In this document: positions 1 to 8,741 of the stretch, in pieces | Numbering within the stretch: position 1 is the first letter of the stretch | Layout: each line of letters begins with the position of its first letter | Assembly: GCA_963736875.1 (NCBI GenBank) | Contig: CAVTQH010000002.1 | Location: 199,927-263,926, forward strand | Origin: Candidatus Amesbacteria bacterium | Lineage (GTDB): Bacteria; Patescibacteriota; Microgenomatia; CAZETR01; Amesbacteraceae | DNA: 64,000 nucleotides | Reading direction: 5' to 3' | Program-made: the position numbers and the translations under genes | The notes under the pieces: model-generated | Databases searched by the model: none | What the model was told of the DNA's origin: nothing | Seen by the model: only the letters and a program-made list of their open reading frames with translations

Positions 1-1
1 C

Positions 2-586
2 CTGGTATTTAATTTTATCGATACTTCGGCTCAGCTGTTTTTCCGTGAGGTTTACCGTTTCCGTCCGCTGGTTGTTTCCGGAAACCTCGATTTTATTCTT
101 CTCAAACCGATTAACCCCCTGGTCCGGGTTTTATTGGGCGGTGCGGATGTCATGGATCTGCTTATGCTGGGATTTATCGGTATCGCCACAGTTTGGTTTG
201 GAGCAAGTTTCATCTCGGGAAGCCTTTTACACTGGCTTCTCTTTGCTTTATTGGTATTAAACGGAATAATCTTATCCGCCGCGTTTCATATTACCGTTCT
301 GGGTATCGGAATTATTACCATTTCCATCGACCACCTGATCATGATTTTCAGAGACCTTACGGCTATGATGCGTATTCCGGTCGATTTATATATCGAACCC
401 CTCCGTTCTCTTTTAACCTTTGTTATTCCTCTTGGCATTATGTTCACCTTTCCGGCTAAAGCTTTGATGAATATCCTCTCGTGGCAAATGATACTGGTGT
501 CTTTTGTGATAGCAGTCAGTGCTTTATCGGTTGCTTTACTATTCTGGCGCTATTCCCTGCGTCATTACCAATCCGCCAGCGGCTGA
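2..586 (+). CDS. ABC-2 family transporter permease (DUF990-like), 5'-partial
   Basis: Frame is open from base 2 (LVFNFIDTSAQLFFREVYRFRPLVVSGNLDFILLKPINPL) into ORF 134..586. Hydrophobic, and ends in YQSASG as is typical of this family. Confidence 0.75.
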   Translation: MVFNFIDTSAQLFFREVYRFRPLVVSGNLDFILLKPINPLVRVLLGGADVMDLLMLGFIGIATVWFGASFISGSLLHWLLFALLVLNGIILSAAFHITVLGIGIITISIDHLIMIFRDLTAMMRIPVDLYIEPLRSLLTFVIPLGIMFTFPAKALMNILSWQMILVSFVIAVSALSVALLFWRYSLRHYQSASG

Positions 587-588
587 CT

Positions 589-1557
589 ATGCATAAAATG
601 CTTATTATTTGCGGCCCGACTGCTACCGGCAAGACTGCTTTCGGAATAGAAGTCGCTAAAAAACTTAAAGGTGAAATAATTTCTGCCGATTCCCGCCAGG
701 TTTATACGGGAATGGATATTGTCACCGGTAAAGATTTACCTCCCGGTTCCCGGCCTTACACGTCAAACCTAAAATGGCGGGACCGGTCACTGAAGTACTA
801 TACCGTCGACGGGGTCAATATTTGGCTATATGACATCGTTTTTCCTCACGAGCCGTTCAATATCGCTTTCTGGAACGAGGCGGCGGCTTTGGTCATCTCT
901 GACCTTCAAAGCCGGGGGAGGATTCCGATAATAGTTGGCGGTACCGGACTTTTTCTCAAATCCGTATATCATCCATTATCTCTGATATCTGTTTCCCCAA
1001 ACCCGGTCTTACGGGAAAAACTAGCGGGAAAATCAGCCGGTTATTTGTTTAATTATTTAAACCGTATCAATTCAGTTAAAGCTGCATCTCTCAACTCGTC
1101 CGACAGGCAAAATCCCCGGCGTTTAATCCGGGCTATTGAAATCTCCCTCTCTTCGCAAAATATTCTTCCGGAATCCGGTCCCCCGGACCGTAAATTATTA
1201 TCAATCGGTCTGACCGCCCCCGCCGATTTTCTTAAAGACCGGATAGATAAAAGAATTACCAACAGGCTGAATCAGGGGGCAATGAATGAATTCAACACTC
1301 TGAAAAACCGGTACGGTCGCAATTTGCCTTCGATGTCTGCCTGCGGCTACCGGGCCTTGGATGCGCCGAATATATTACAGAAATGGAACACTCTGGAACA
1401 CCAGTATCTCCGCAGGCAACTGACCTGGTTTAAAAAACAGCCCGATATTCATTGGTTTGATGTTTCTTCCGGCAACTGGAAAATCCGGGCCGTGAACATG
1501 GTGACTACTTGGTATAATAAAAACAGTTATGGGAAAGATTGCGCCCCAAAAGATTGA
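589..1557 (+). CDS. miaA: tRNA dimethylallyltransferase
   Basis: GPTATGKT P-loop, ISADSRQVY, VGGTGLF, NPRRLIRAIE and RRQLTWF motifs. ATG at 589 chosen over the upstream start in the ORF track. Confidence 0.95.
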   Translation: MHKMLIICGPTATGKTAFGIEVAKKLKGEIISADSRQVYTGMDIVTGKDLPPGSRPYTSNLKWRDRSLKYYTVDGVNIWLYDIVFPHEPFNIAFWNEAAALVISDLQSRGRIPIIVGGTGLFLKSVYHPLSLISVSPNPVLREKLAGKSAGYLFNYLNRINSVKAASLNSSDRQNPRRLIRAIEISLSSQNILPESGPPDRKLLSIGLTAPADFLKDRIDKRITNRLNQGAMNEFNTLKNRYGRNLPSMSACGYRALDAPNILQKWNTLEHQYLRRQLTWFKKQPDIHWFDVSSGNWKIRAVNMVTTWYNKNSYGKDCAPKD

Positions 1558-2542
1558 AATCTCTCATCGCACCATAGTCGTAGCTGCGGTTACGGTATTT
1601 CTCTTTTGGCTGGTATTTAAAATTTGGGATCTGCTTCTGCTTCTTTTTATTTCAGTCATCATCATGTCAGCCTTAAAACCCGCAGTGGATTACTTGGAAC
1701 GTGCCAAGCTCCCCCGGAGTGTGGCGATTATTCTTGTTTACGTTTTACTCTGGGTTTTTCTGGGTTTGGTATTTGCCGGCATTATCCCTCCCCTGGTGGA
1801 GCAAACCAGAAAATTGGTTAATCTTATCCCTTCAGCCTTAAACAATATCCGGTACTTGGATATTCATCAGCAGGAAATCACCGCCCAAATAATTTCCGGC
1901 ATCGGCAGCCTGCCCGAAAATGTTTTCCGTATCACTTCGGGGATATTCGGAAACGTGCTGAATGTTATCACTACAATAGTCATCTCCTTCTACCTGCTTC
2001 TGGAAAGAAAACATCTGGATCAGTATCTTGCTGATTTTTTAGGTACCAAAACCAGCCCCAGGATTTCCGGATTAATTACCGAAATAGAAAATAAATTAGG
2101 CAGCTGGGTTCGGGGTGAACTTATTCTGATGACCGCAATCGGGGTAACCACGTACATCGGTCTCAGGCTGCTGGGTCTGGAAACCGCTCTGCCTTTGGCC
2201 ATACTGGCCGGGATGCTGGAAGTAATTCCCAACGTCGGACCTACGGTCTCGGCCATTCCCGCCGTAATTATTGCCCTCCTTATTCATCCTCTGCTGGCTT
2301 TATCCACAGTGGCTTTATACATTCTTATTCAGGCTCTGGAAAATAATTTTTTAGTCCCCCAGGTGATGCGCAAAACCACCGGGGTCAATCCCCTGGTAAG
2401 TATTTTAGGCCTGATGATAGGGTTTCGTCTGGCAGGCATTGCCGGGGCAATTCTGGCTATCCCCACAATTTTGGTTATTCAGGCTATAGGACTCCACTTC
2501 TTTTCCCTGTCACACCTGGAAGAAATTTCCGATACCGACTGA
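1529..2542 (+). CDS. AI-2E family transporter
   Basis: Multi-TM protein with IPNVGP, IQALENNFLVPQVM and GAILAIP motifs. Confidence 0.9.
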   Translation: MGKIAPQKIEISHRTIVVAAVTVFLFWLVFKIWDLLLLLFISVIIMSALKPAVDYLERAKLPRSVAIILVYVLLWVFLGLVFAGIIPPLVEQTRKLVNLIPSALNNIRYLDIHQQEITAQIISGIGSLPENVFRITSGIFGNVLNVITTIVISFYLLLERKHLDQYLADFLGTKTSPRISGLITEIENKLGSWVRGELILMTAIGVTTYIGLRLLGLETALPLAILAGMLEVIPNVGPTVSAIPAVIIALLIHPLLALSTVALYILIQALENNFLVPQVMRKTTGVNPLVSILGLMIGFRLAGIAGAILAIPTILVIQAIGLHFFSLSHLEEISDTD

Positions 2543-2560
2543 AAAAGTGTAAAATACCCC

Positions 2561-2829
2561 TGCCTGGAGGTAGGCGGCTACTCCGACGTCACGTCGGAGA
2601 GGAAAGTCCAGACAACTGAAGGCAGGGTGCCCCGTGTAAGCGGGGACGCGCAAGCGCTAGTTTAGAGCAACAGTGACGAACCGAGGTCATGCTCGGGTGA
2701 AACGGGCAATCCTCCCCGTTGCAACCTCCGATTTGGCCGATAAAGACGGAAGCCTTCCCGAGGCCTAAAGCTTGAGGGCATCAGACAGATTGCCGCTAAA
2801 ACAGAATCTGGCTTACTCACCTCCAGGCA
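2561..2829 (+). ncRNA. rnpB: RNase P RNA, compact (~270 nt)
   Basis: GAGGAAAGTCC and ACAGAATCTGGCTTA P4 motifs. Terminal P1 helix TGCCTGGAGGT/ACCTCCAGGCA. P3 hairpin CTCCGACG-TCA-CGTCGGAG. GCAACAG and GGTGAAACG segments. TAAAAT -10 box at 2550-2555. Confidence 0.95.
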
Positions 2830-2851
2830 ACTTTTAAGATATAATTGTTTC

Positions 2852-3013
2852 ATGATCAATCCCGAATTATTTACCAACAGGGCGGCATTTCAGGGTCTCG
2901 TCTCCCTGATTTTTGGTGTGCTCGTTCTGATGTTTCCCAAGCTCTTAAACTATCTGATCGCTTTCTATTTCATTTTCACCGGCCTGTCCGCGGTCTTACC
3001 CTATCTTCGCTGA
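2852..3013 (+). CDS. Small membrane protein, DUF3096-like (53 aa, absent from ORF track)
   Basis: Manual translation MINPELFTNRAAFQGLVSLIFGVLVLMFPKLLNYLIAFYFIFTGLSAVLPYLR. The P-x-LLNY motif is typical. TATAAT lies 6 nt upstream. Confidence 0.75.
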   Translation: MINPELFTNRAAFQGLVSLIFGVLVLMFPKLLNYLIAFYFIFTGLSAVLPYLR

Positions 3014-3014
3014 C

Positions 3015-3569
3015 ATGCCGTATCTGCTGGATTTACCGGAGACAGATTTCAAATCCCGGCCGATTCTGTTCATCGACCTGGAAATGACCGGATTGGATGT
3101 TGAAAAACACGAAATTGTGGAAATTGCCGCGCTCCTGGTTCATCAGCCGGACTTTCAGGTAGTCAATTCTTTTTATACCAAAGTTAAACCCGTCCATCTC
3201 CAAACCGGCGACCCCAGATCACTGAAAATAATAAACTTTTCCGAAAAAAGCTGGGCCGATGCAATACCGCTCCGCGAAGCCCTGCAGGAATTGGCGGACT
3301 TTGCTCCCAACTGCCTTCTGGCGGGTTGGTGTGTCCAGAATGAATGGGATTTTTTAAACTATAGCCTTCAGAAAGAGGGGATACCTTATTTTTATGACCA
3401 TCGTCTGATAGAAGTCTTCAGTCTGGCCTACACCCGTTTTTACCATGATCCGGACATGAAATTTATAAGTCTTTCCCGCGTTGCCCGTAAGTTGGGAATA
3501 TATATCGATCAGCACAAACCCGACTCAGATATCCGTGCGACCTACGAAATCTTCAGGAAATTAATTTAA
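3015..3569 (+). CDS. DEDDh 3'-5' exonuclease (oligoribonuclease/DnaQ-like)
   Basis: IDLEMTGLD ExoI motif and H-x4-D (HKPDSDI) ExoIII motif. Confidence 0.85.
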   Translation: MPYLLDLPETDFKSRPILFIDLEMTGLDVEKHEIVEIAALLVHQPDFQVVNSFYTKVKPVHLQTGDPRSLKIINFSEKSWADAIPLREALQELADFAPNCLLAGWCVQNEWDFLNYSLQKEGIPYFYDHRLIEVFSLAYTRFYHDPDMKFISLSRVARKLGIYIDQHKPDSDIRATYEIFRKLI

Positions 3570-3583
3570 TTCGGATTTCTCCA

Positions 3584-3637
3584 CCCAAAAACCCCGCCTC
3601 TTTTCAAAAAACAACTCTTGTGGCGGGGTCTTTTGGG
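3584..3637. terminator. Probable bidirectional intrinsic terminator
   Basis: Inverted repeat CCCAAAAACCCCGCC ... GGCGGGGTCTTTTGGG between convergent genes, with T-tracts on both strands. The loop is long. Confidence 0.55.
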
Positions 3638-3649
3638 AAAATGGAAAAT

Positions 3650-3793
3650 TTATTTGCCTCCGATTTTGTACATACCCGTTCCGCAGACCGGGCACTTCCC
3701 TTTTAAAGCCTTTTTTCCATTTTTCATTGTTACTGCCTGAGCATTGGGATCTTCTCTCTTGGATCGGCATTTTACGCAATACATTGATGCCAT
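3650..3793 (-). CDS. Small basic Zn-ribbon protein, DUF5679-like (47 aa, absent from ORF track)
   Basis: Manual translation MASMYCVKCRSKREDPNAQAVTMKNGKKALKGKCPVCGTGMYKIGGK, with two CxxC motifs and a strong SD (GGGGGTGA) upstream. Confidence 0.85.
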   Translation of the reverse strand: MASMYCVKCRSKREDPNAQAVTMKNGKKALKGKCPVCGTGMYKIGGK

Positions 3794-3814
3794 TCTCACT
3801 CACCCCCTCTCATA

Positions 3815-4096
3815 TCAAAAATTTCCAGCTATTTTTTGTAACATGGAATTGACTTGCTGCCATCCGCCCCGGTTTAAATAGACGGCGAGGCTGAATTGTA
3901 AAAGCAAAGCCAGAATAGTCATGGCCAGGCTCTTTGTCAAGTCCGAAGTTAATAATTTAGTCGAAAGAGTAATTTCCGGTACATAATATTCTTCTTTAGG
4001 GGAAGCGGTTTCTTTAACTGCTGCAGGCTCAATTCTTTCAAGCCTTCTCCTCAATTTTGCCGCAATTTTTTCAGCTTTTGTCCTTCTTCCAGCCAT
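3815..4096 (-). CDS. Hypothetical membrane protein
   Basis: Basic N-terminus and one C-terminal hydrophobic helix; fills the intergenic gap. Confidence 0.65.
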   Translation of the reverse strand: MAGRRTKAEKIAAKLRRRLERIEPAAVKETASPKEEYYVPEITLSTKLLTSDLTKSLAMTILALLLQFSLAVYLNRGGWQQVNSMLQKIAGNF

Positions 4097-4151
4097 GCCG
4101 ATATGCTAACACACTTGGTCAAAACCGGCAATCAAGATATAATTTACCCCG

Positions 4152-4496
4152 ATGACGGCAATTTGGGGATTGTTTTTAATTTTGCTTATTTGGTTACTGA
4201 TATTAAGTTATTTTGTCTTCCGTTGGCATCGTCATTCACGCCGTTCATCTTCACCGGTTTCTTCATCCGGATTCCGTTTCAGCCTTCTTCGCTTCAATCC
4301 TTTTTCCGATACCGGGGGAGAGCAGAGTTTTGTTCTCTCTTTACTTGATGGGGGGGGAAATGGCATACTACTTACCAGTTTGCATGGACGGGGGACCACC
4401 CGCTTTTATGCCAAGAGGGTAATTGCCGGTAAAACCGACCAGGAACTCTCAGCTGAAGAAAAGAAAGCTCTTTCGGAAGCACTCAATCATGAATAA
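4152..4496 (+). CDS. DUF4446 family protein
   Basis: N-terminal TM, then RFNPFSDTGGEQSF, LLDGGGNG and SLHGR..TRFYAK motifs. Confidence 0.85.
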   Translation: MTAIWGLFLILLIWLLILSYFVFRWHRHSRRSSSPVSSSGFRFSLLRFNPFSDTGGEQSFVLSLLDGGGNGILLTSLHGRGTTRFYAKRVIAGKTDQELSAEEKKALSEALNHE

Positions 4497-5682
4497 AAAA
4501 ATTTCCATCATTTTAACCGGCTTATTGCTGTTTGCCGTTTCCACAGGCACCTCTTACGCCTTTTTCCGGTTTATTCAAAAGCCCTCTTCTCCTCCCGTTT
4601 CCCCTGAATCTGTCATCCCCACGCCCTCTTCCCGGAAATCAAAAATTGATCCCTCACTTCCCAAAACCGAAGTTTGTCCGCTGAACGGCCAGTTGTTTAC
4701 CAAGCCTGAGAAAGACGTTTGGATTACCCGCAGGCCTTTGGGCATAATGGTTGAAAATTCAATTGATTCCCGTCCCCAATCCGGATTGGGGAGTGCCGAT
4801 ATTGTTTACGAAGCCGTGGCTGAGGGAGGAGTCACCAGATTCATGGGGATGTATTATTGCGACGCCGCTATGACGGACAAACTGATGGTTGCCCCGGTCA
4901 GATCAGCCCGGATATATTTTGTTAACCTCGTATCCGAGTATGACGCTCTCTACAACCATGTCGGCGGGGCGGGGAATTGTGACGATATAAATGTCGATCC
5001 CCGGGCCAAGGCGCTTTGCCTGATTAATACCGCGAAAATTAAAAATATGGATCAGATGGGTTATGCCGGTGATTTCAAAATTTGTCACCGCCTGACCAAT
5101 CGGTTGGACCATGACGTTGCTTATGAACACACCATGGCCTGCTTTGTTGACGAAATTTATAATAAAGCTGCCAAGCTCAATTGGACTAATGTTGATAGTA
5201 AGGGTGTTTCCTGGGACAAAAACTTTGTGTCATGGAAATTTAAGTCGGCCGATGAAAAAGCCGCCGGGTCGGAAGCCAAAACCATTTCCTATATTTTCTG
5301 GAGCGGGGACAGGCAATTTAATCAAAACTTTGATGTCAAATGGATGTACGATCCCGCGGCAAATACTTACAAAAGATACAATAACAACGAACTCACCATC
5401 GACCTCAATACCAATAGTCCTCTGAAATTTAACACTGTCATAGTTCAGTTTGCCAAAGAAACGTTGTTGGGGGATTTGGAAAAGCACCTTCTCTATGACG
5501 TAGTGGGCAAAGGCAAAGCCATTGTTTTTATGGACGGAGTGGCGGTCGATGCCGCCTGGACCAAGACCACCCGCACCAGCCGCACTCTGTTTTATGACGT
5601 CAAAGGCAAAGAGCTTAAACTAAATCCCGGTCCTGTCTGGATTTCCATCCTTCCGCTTGGAAATTCTGTAGAGTACAATTAG
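4489..5682 (+). CDS. DUF3048 domain exported protein
   Basis: Signal/TM at the N-terminus; RPQSGL, ADIVYE, EGGVTRF and PVRSAR motifs. ATG at 4489. Confidence 0.85.
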   Translation: MNKKISIILTGLLLFAVSTGTSYAFFRFIQKPSSPPVSPESVIPTPSSRKSKIDPSLPKTEVCPLNGQLFTKPEKDVWITRRPLGIMVENSIDSRPQSGLGSADIVYEAVAEGGVTRFMGMYYCDAAMTDKLMVAPVRSARIYFVNLVSEYDALYNHVGGAGNCDDINVDPRAKALCLINTAKIKNMDQMGYAGDFKICHRLTNRLDHDVAYEHTMACFVDEIYNKAAKLNWTNVDSKGVSWDKNFVSWKFKSADEKAAGSEAKTISYIFWSGDRQFNQNFDVKWMYDPAANTYKRYNNNELTIDLNTNSPLKFNTVIVQFAKETLLGDLEKHLLYDVVGKGKAIVFMDGVAVDAAWTKTTRTSRTLFYDVKGKELKLNPGPVWISILPLGNSVEYN

Positions 5683-5757
5683 TCCTCGCGTACACTTCTT
5701 ACTCACTCCCTCTTGAATTTCTCCAAACACGTGATATCTTTGGGATTAGAAATATCC

Positions 5758-6336
5758 ATGCTTAAGGATTTGTTTATATCAAAGACCCGTGTCAAGATTC
5801 TGGAAAATTTTCTTTCAGACCCCACCCAAATGTATCACGTCCGCGACTTGGTCAGAAGAACCGGTGAGGAGATTAACGCCGTCCGCCGTGAATTGGCCCG
5901 GATGGAACAGTTGGGAATGGTTAAAAAAGAACCCCGGGGTAACCGCCTTTACTACTGGTTTCGTCAGGATTATGTTTTTTACTCCGATCTTTTAAGTTTG
6001 GTAGCCAAAACTACCGGTATCGGCGAAAACATTATTAAAAACCGCCATAAACTCGGGCGGGTAAATATCGCCATGCTCGGCAGCCGTTTTGTGCGTCATG
6101 AACCGAAAGATCAGCCGGACGAAGTTGATTTGCTGGTGGTAGGGGATATTGTTCTGCCGGAACTGGCGGCAATTGTCCGGGCGGAAGAAGTCAAACGCGG
6201 TCAGACCATAAACTACACCCCCATGACCGAGGAAGAACTGAAATTTCGCCGGACCCGGCGTGACCCCTTCCTGCTCGGGATTTTAACCAACGGCCGGGTG
6301 ATGATTATCGGCAGCGACCAAGACTTGGTTGGTTAA
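5758..6336 (+). CDS. Winged-helix regulator with C-terminal nucleotidyltransferase-like fold
   Basis: LFISKTRVKIL..F wHTH start, YHVRDLVR, NAVRRELARM, and C-terminal VDLLVVGD. Confidence 0.7.
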   Translation: MLKDLFISKTRVKILENFLSDPTQMYHVRDLVRRTGEEINAVRRELARMEQLGMVKKEPRGNRLYYWFRQDYVFYSDLLSLVAKTTGIGENIIKNRHKLGRVNIAMLGSRFVRHEPKDQPDEVDLLVVGDIVLPELAAIVRAEEVKRGQTINYTPMTEEELKFRRTRRDPFLLGILTNGRVMIIGSDQDLVG

Positions 6337-6346
6337 CATCTGTCAT

Positions 6347-6532
6347 ATGAAACAGAAAATTCTCAAGACCGGCAACAGTTTGGCAGTGACCATTCCCGCA
6401 AAATTTGTTAGAATTTTAGGGTTAAAACCCGGAGACACGGTGGAAGTGAAATCCAATATCGCCAAAGGTACTCTCCACAGTACCTTTACGGGTACGGGTC
6501 AATTAAACCTGTTAAGCTCCGGGAAAAAGTAA
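6347..6532 (+). CDS. AbrB/MazE/SpoVT family DNA-binding protein
   Basis: KTGNSLAVTIP...LGLKPGD motif. Confidence 0.85.
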   Translation: MKQKILKTGNSLAVTIPAKFVRILGLKPGDTVEVKSNIAKGTLHSTFTGTGQLNLLSSGKK

Positions 6533-6547
6533 TTTACCTGTTTTTTT

Positions 6548-7840
6548 ATGCGCACCACATTAATCATTACCGGTTGCCTGCTTTTTGCGGTTCTGATCAA
6601 TATGCCTTCACAGGTCAAAATCGGCAATGCCAAATTTTACCGCCCCAGGATTAACCTCAATTTTCTGGGCAAACAATATTACCGGGATCTGGACTTTAAA
6701 CTCGGACTGGATTTGCGGGGAGGCACCCATCTGGTTTATGAAGCGGATGTTTCCAAAGTAGCCGAGACTGATAAACAGGGAGCATTACTGGCTACCAAGG
6801 AAAATATCGACCGCCGCATCAATCTTCTCGGAGTTTCGGAACCCCTGATTCAGACTTCCCGGGTGGGTGACCAGTTTCGTCTGATCATTGAACTTCCCGG
6901 AGTTTCGGATGTCAAACAGGCAATTGACATTATCGGCCAGACGGCCCAGCTGGAATTCCGTCTTCCTTTAACCGCCACCCCTTCAAGTGAAAAGGACTTT
7001 TCAACTACCGACCTGACCGGCAAAGATTTGCTCCTGGCCCAGGTTCAGTTCAACTCCGGCGGGGAAAAAATGAATGCCGGTCCCAGTGTGGGTCTGGAAT
7101 TTAACTCCGACGGTGCCAAAAAATTTGCCAAACTGACCAAAGAAAATCTTGGCCGGCCGATCGCCATTTTTCTTGATAACCGGGTGCTGACGGCACCGGT
7201 GGTTCAGACGGAAATCACCGACGGTAAAGCGGTGATCACCGGAAATTTTACTCTGGATGAGGCCAAACAATTAACTATCCAGCTGAATGCCGGGGCTTTA
7301 CCCATACCCATCAATATTATCGAGCAGAGAAATGTCGGGGCGACTTTGGGCAGTGAATCAGTAACCAAAAGTCTGGTGGCGGGTGTTATCGGTTTTATCA
7401 TTATTCTTCTTTTTATGTTTACCAACTACGGGGCCAAAGGTTTGCTGGCTGACCTGGCTCTGATAATTTACGTGCTTCTTTCCCTCGCTTTATTCAAGCT
7501 AATTCCGGTTACTCTCACTCTGGCCGGTATTGCCGGATTTATTTTATCCGTGGGAATGGCGGTGGACGCCAATATTCTGATTTTTGAGAGAATTAAAGAA
7601 GAGATCAGATGGGGCCGGCCGCCCAAAGCCGCCATCGAACTGGGCTTTGTCAGAGCCTGGACATCGGTCAGGGACAGCAATGCCAGTTCTTTGATTACGG
7701 CCTCCATTCTTTTCTGGTTCGGTACCGGATCGATCCGGGGTTTTGCTCTGACTTTGATTGTCGGTATTCTGGTTTCATTATTTACTTCAATTACGATCAG
7801 CCGCAGTCTGATCCGTGCATTCTATGTCAACCGCAGGTAA
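6548..7840 (+). CDS. secD: Protein translocase subunit SecD
   Basis: LGLDLRGG, RINLLGVSEP, LNAGALP and GMAVDANILIFERIKEE motifs. Confidence 0.97.
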   Translation: MRTTLIITGCLLFAVLINMPSQVKIGNAKFYRPRINLNFLGKQYYRDLDFKLGLDLRGGTHLVYEADVSKVAETDKQGALLATKENIDRRINLLGVSEPLIQTSRVGDQFRLIIELPGVSDVKQAIDIIGQTAQLEFRLPLTATPSSEKDFSTTDLTGKDLLLAQVQFNSGGEKMNAGPSVGLEFNSDGAKKFAKLTKENLGRPIAIFLDNRVLTAPVVQTEITDGKAVITGNFTLDEAKQLTIQLNAGALPIPINIIEQRNVGATLGSESVTKSLVAGVIGFIIILLFMFTNYGAKGLLADLALIIYVLLSLALFKLIPVTLTLAGIAGFILSVGMAVDANILIFERIKEEIRWGRPPKAAIELGFVRAWTSVRDSNASSLITASILFWFGTGSIRGFALTLIVGILVSLFTSITISRSLIRAFYVNRR

Positions 7841-8732
7841 TCCTCCATATTTCCGGTTTATGAAATACAAATGGCTGTATTTCGGACTTTCCTTGGCTAT
7901 TATGCTCCCGGGCATGTTTTTTCTGGCCAGATTTGGTCTTAAACCGTCCATAGATTTCACCGGCGGCACCCTTCTGGAAATTCAGGCCGCAAAAGCCATA
8001 GAGACCTCCCAATTTAACCAAGTCGCCAAAAATCTGAATTTGGAACTGGCTTCCGTTCAGGCCTCATCCGACAACACATATTTATTACGCTTAAAACCTC
8101 TGACTCAGGACCAAAATGAGAAATTTAAACAGGAATTAAAGGCTGTAGCGGGAGATGTTACGGAAAAAAGATTTGAGACCGTCGGCCCGGTGGTCGGGGC
8201 GGAACTTACCAGAAATGCGGTTTTAGCTGTAGCAGTCGCTTCGGTCTTCATAATTATTTATATTTCCTGGTCATTTCGAAAAATCCCCAAGCCTTTTACT
8301 TCCTGGAAATTCGGGGCTTCGGCTGTGATCGCTCTTTTCCACGACGTCATTGTCATAGTTGGTCTGTCTTCAATTTTCGGAAAAATCTGGGGGGTCGAAA
8401 TTGATTCCCTCTTTGTTACCGCTCTTTTAACCATCATCGGTTTTTCCGTTCATGACACCATCGTTGTTTTTGACCGGGTCAGGGAGAATTTACCCAAAAT
8501 GCCCAAAGCTTCTTTTGAACAAGTGGTGGATTTCTCCATTACCGAAACTTTGAACCGCTCTATAAATACCTCCATGACCGTTATTCTGACTCTGACGGCA
8601 TTGTTGCTGTTCGGCGGGGAAACCATCCGCTGGTTTGTGGCAACTCTGCTAATCGGTATCATTTCCGGTACTTACTCCAGCATCTTCAATGCCAGCCCCA
8701 TCCTGGTTCTCTGGGAAAACAAAAAGAAATAA
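7824..8732 (+). CDS. secF: Protein translocase subunit SecF (start at 7824 or 7860)
   Basis: IDFTGG, ETVGP.VG and GFSVHDTIVVFDRVRE motifs. Confidence 0.97.
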   Translation: MSTAGNPPYFRFMKYKWLYFGLSLAIMLPGMFFLARFGLKPSIDFTGGTLLEIQAAKAIETSQFNQVAKNLNLELASVQASSDNTYLLRLKPLTQDQNEKFKQELKAVAGDVTEKRFETVGPVVGAELTRNAVLAVAVASVFIIIYISWSFRKIPKPFTSWKFGASAVIALFHDVIVIVGLSSIFGKIWGVEIDSLFVTALLTIIGFSVHDTIVVFDRVRENLPKMPKASFEQVVDFSITETLNRSINTSMTVILTLTALLLFGGETIRWFVATLLIGIISGTYSSIFNASPILVLWENKKK

Positions 8733-8741
8733 GGAATACTG

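Noticed and set aside
2662-2877. 71-aa minus-strand ORF
   Set aside because: Antisense to rnpB; spurious.
3561-3803. 80-aa minus-strand ORF in the track
   Set aside because: Wrong frame. The 47-aa CxxC ORF (3650-3793) has the SD and motifs, and the 80-aa ORF runs through the terminator.
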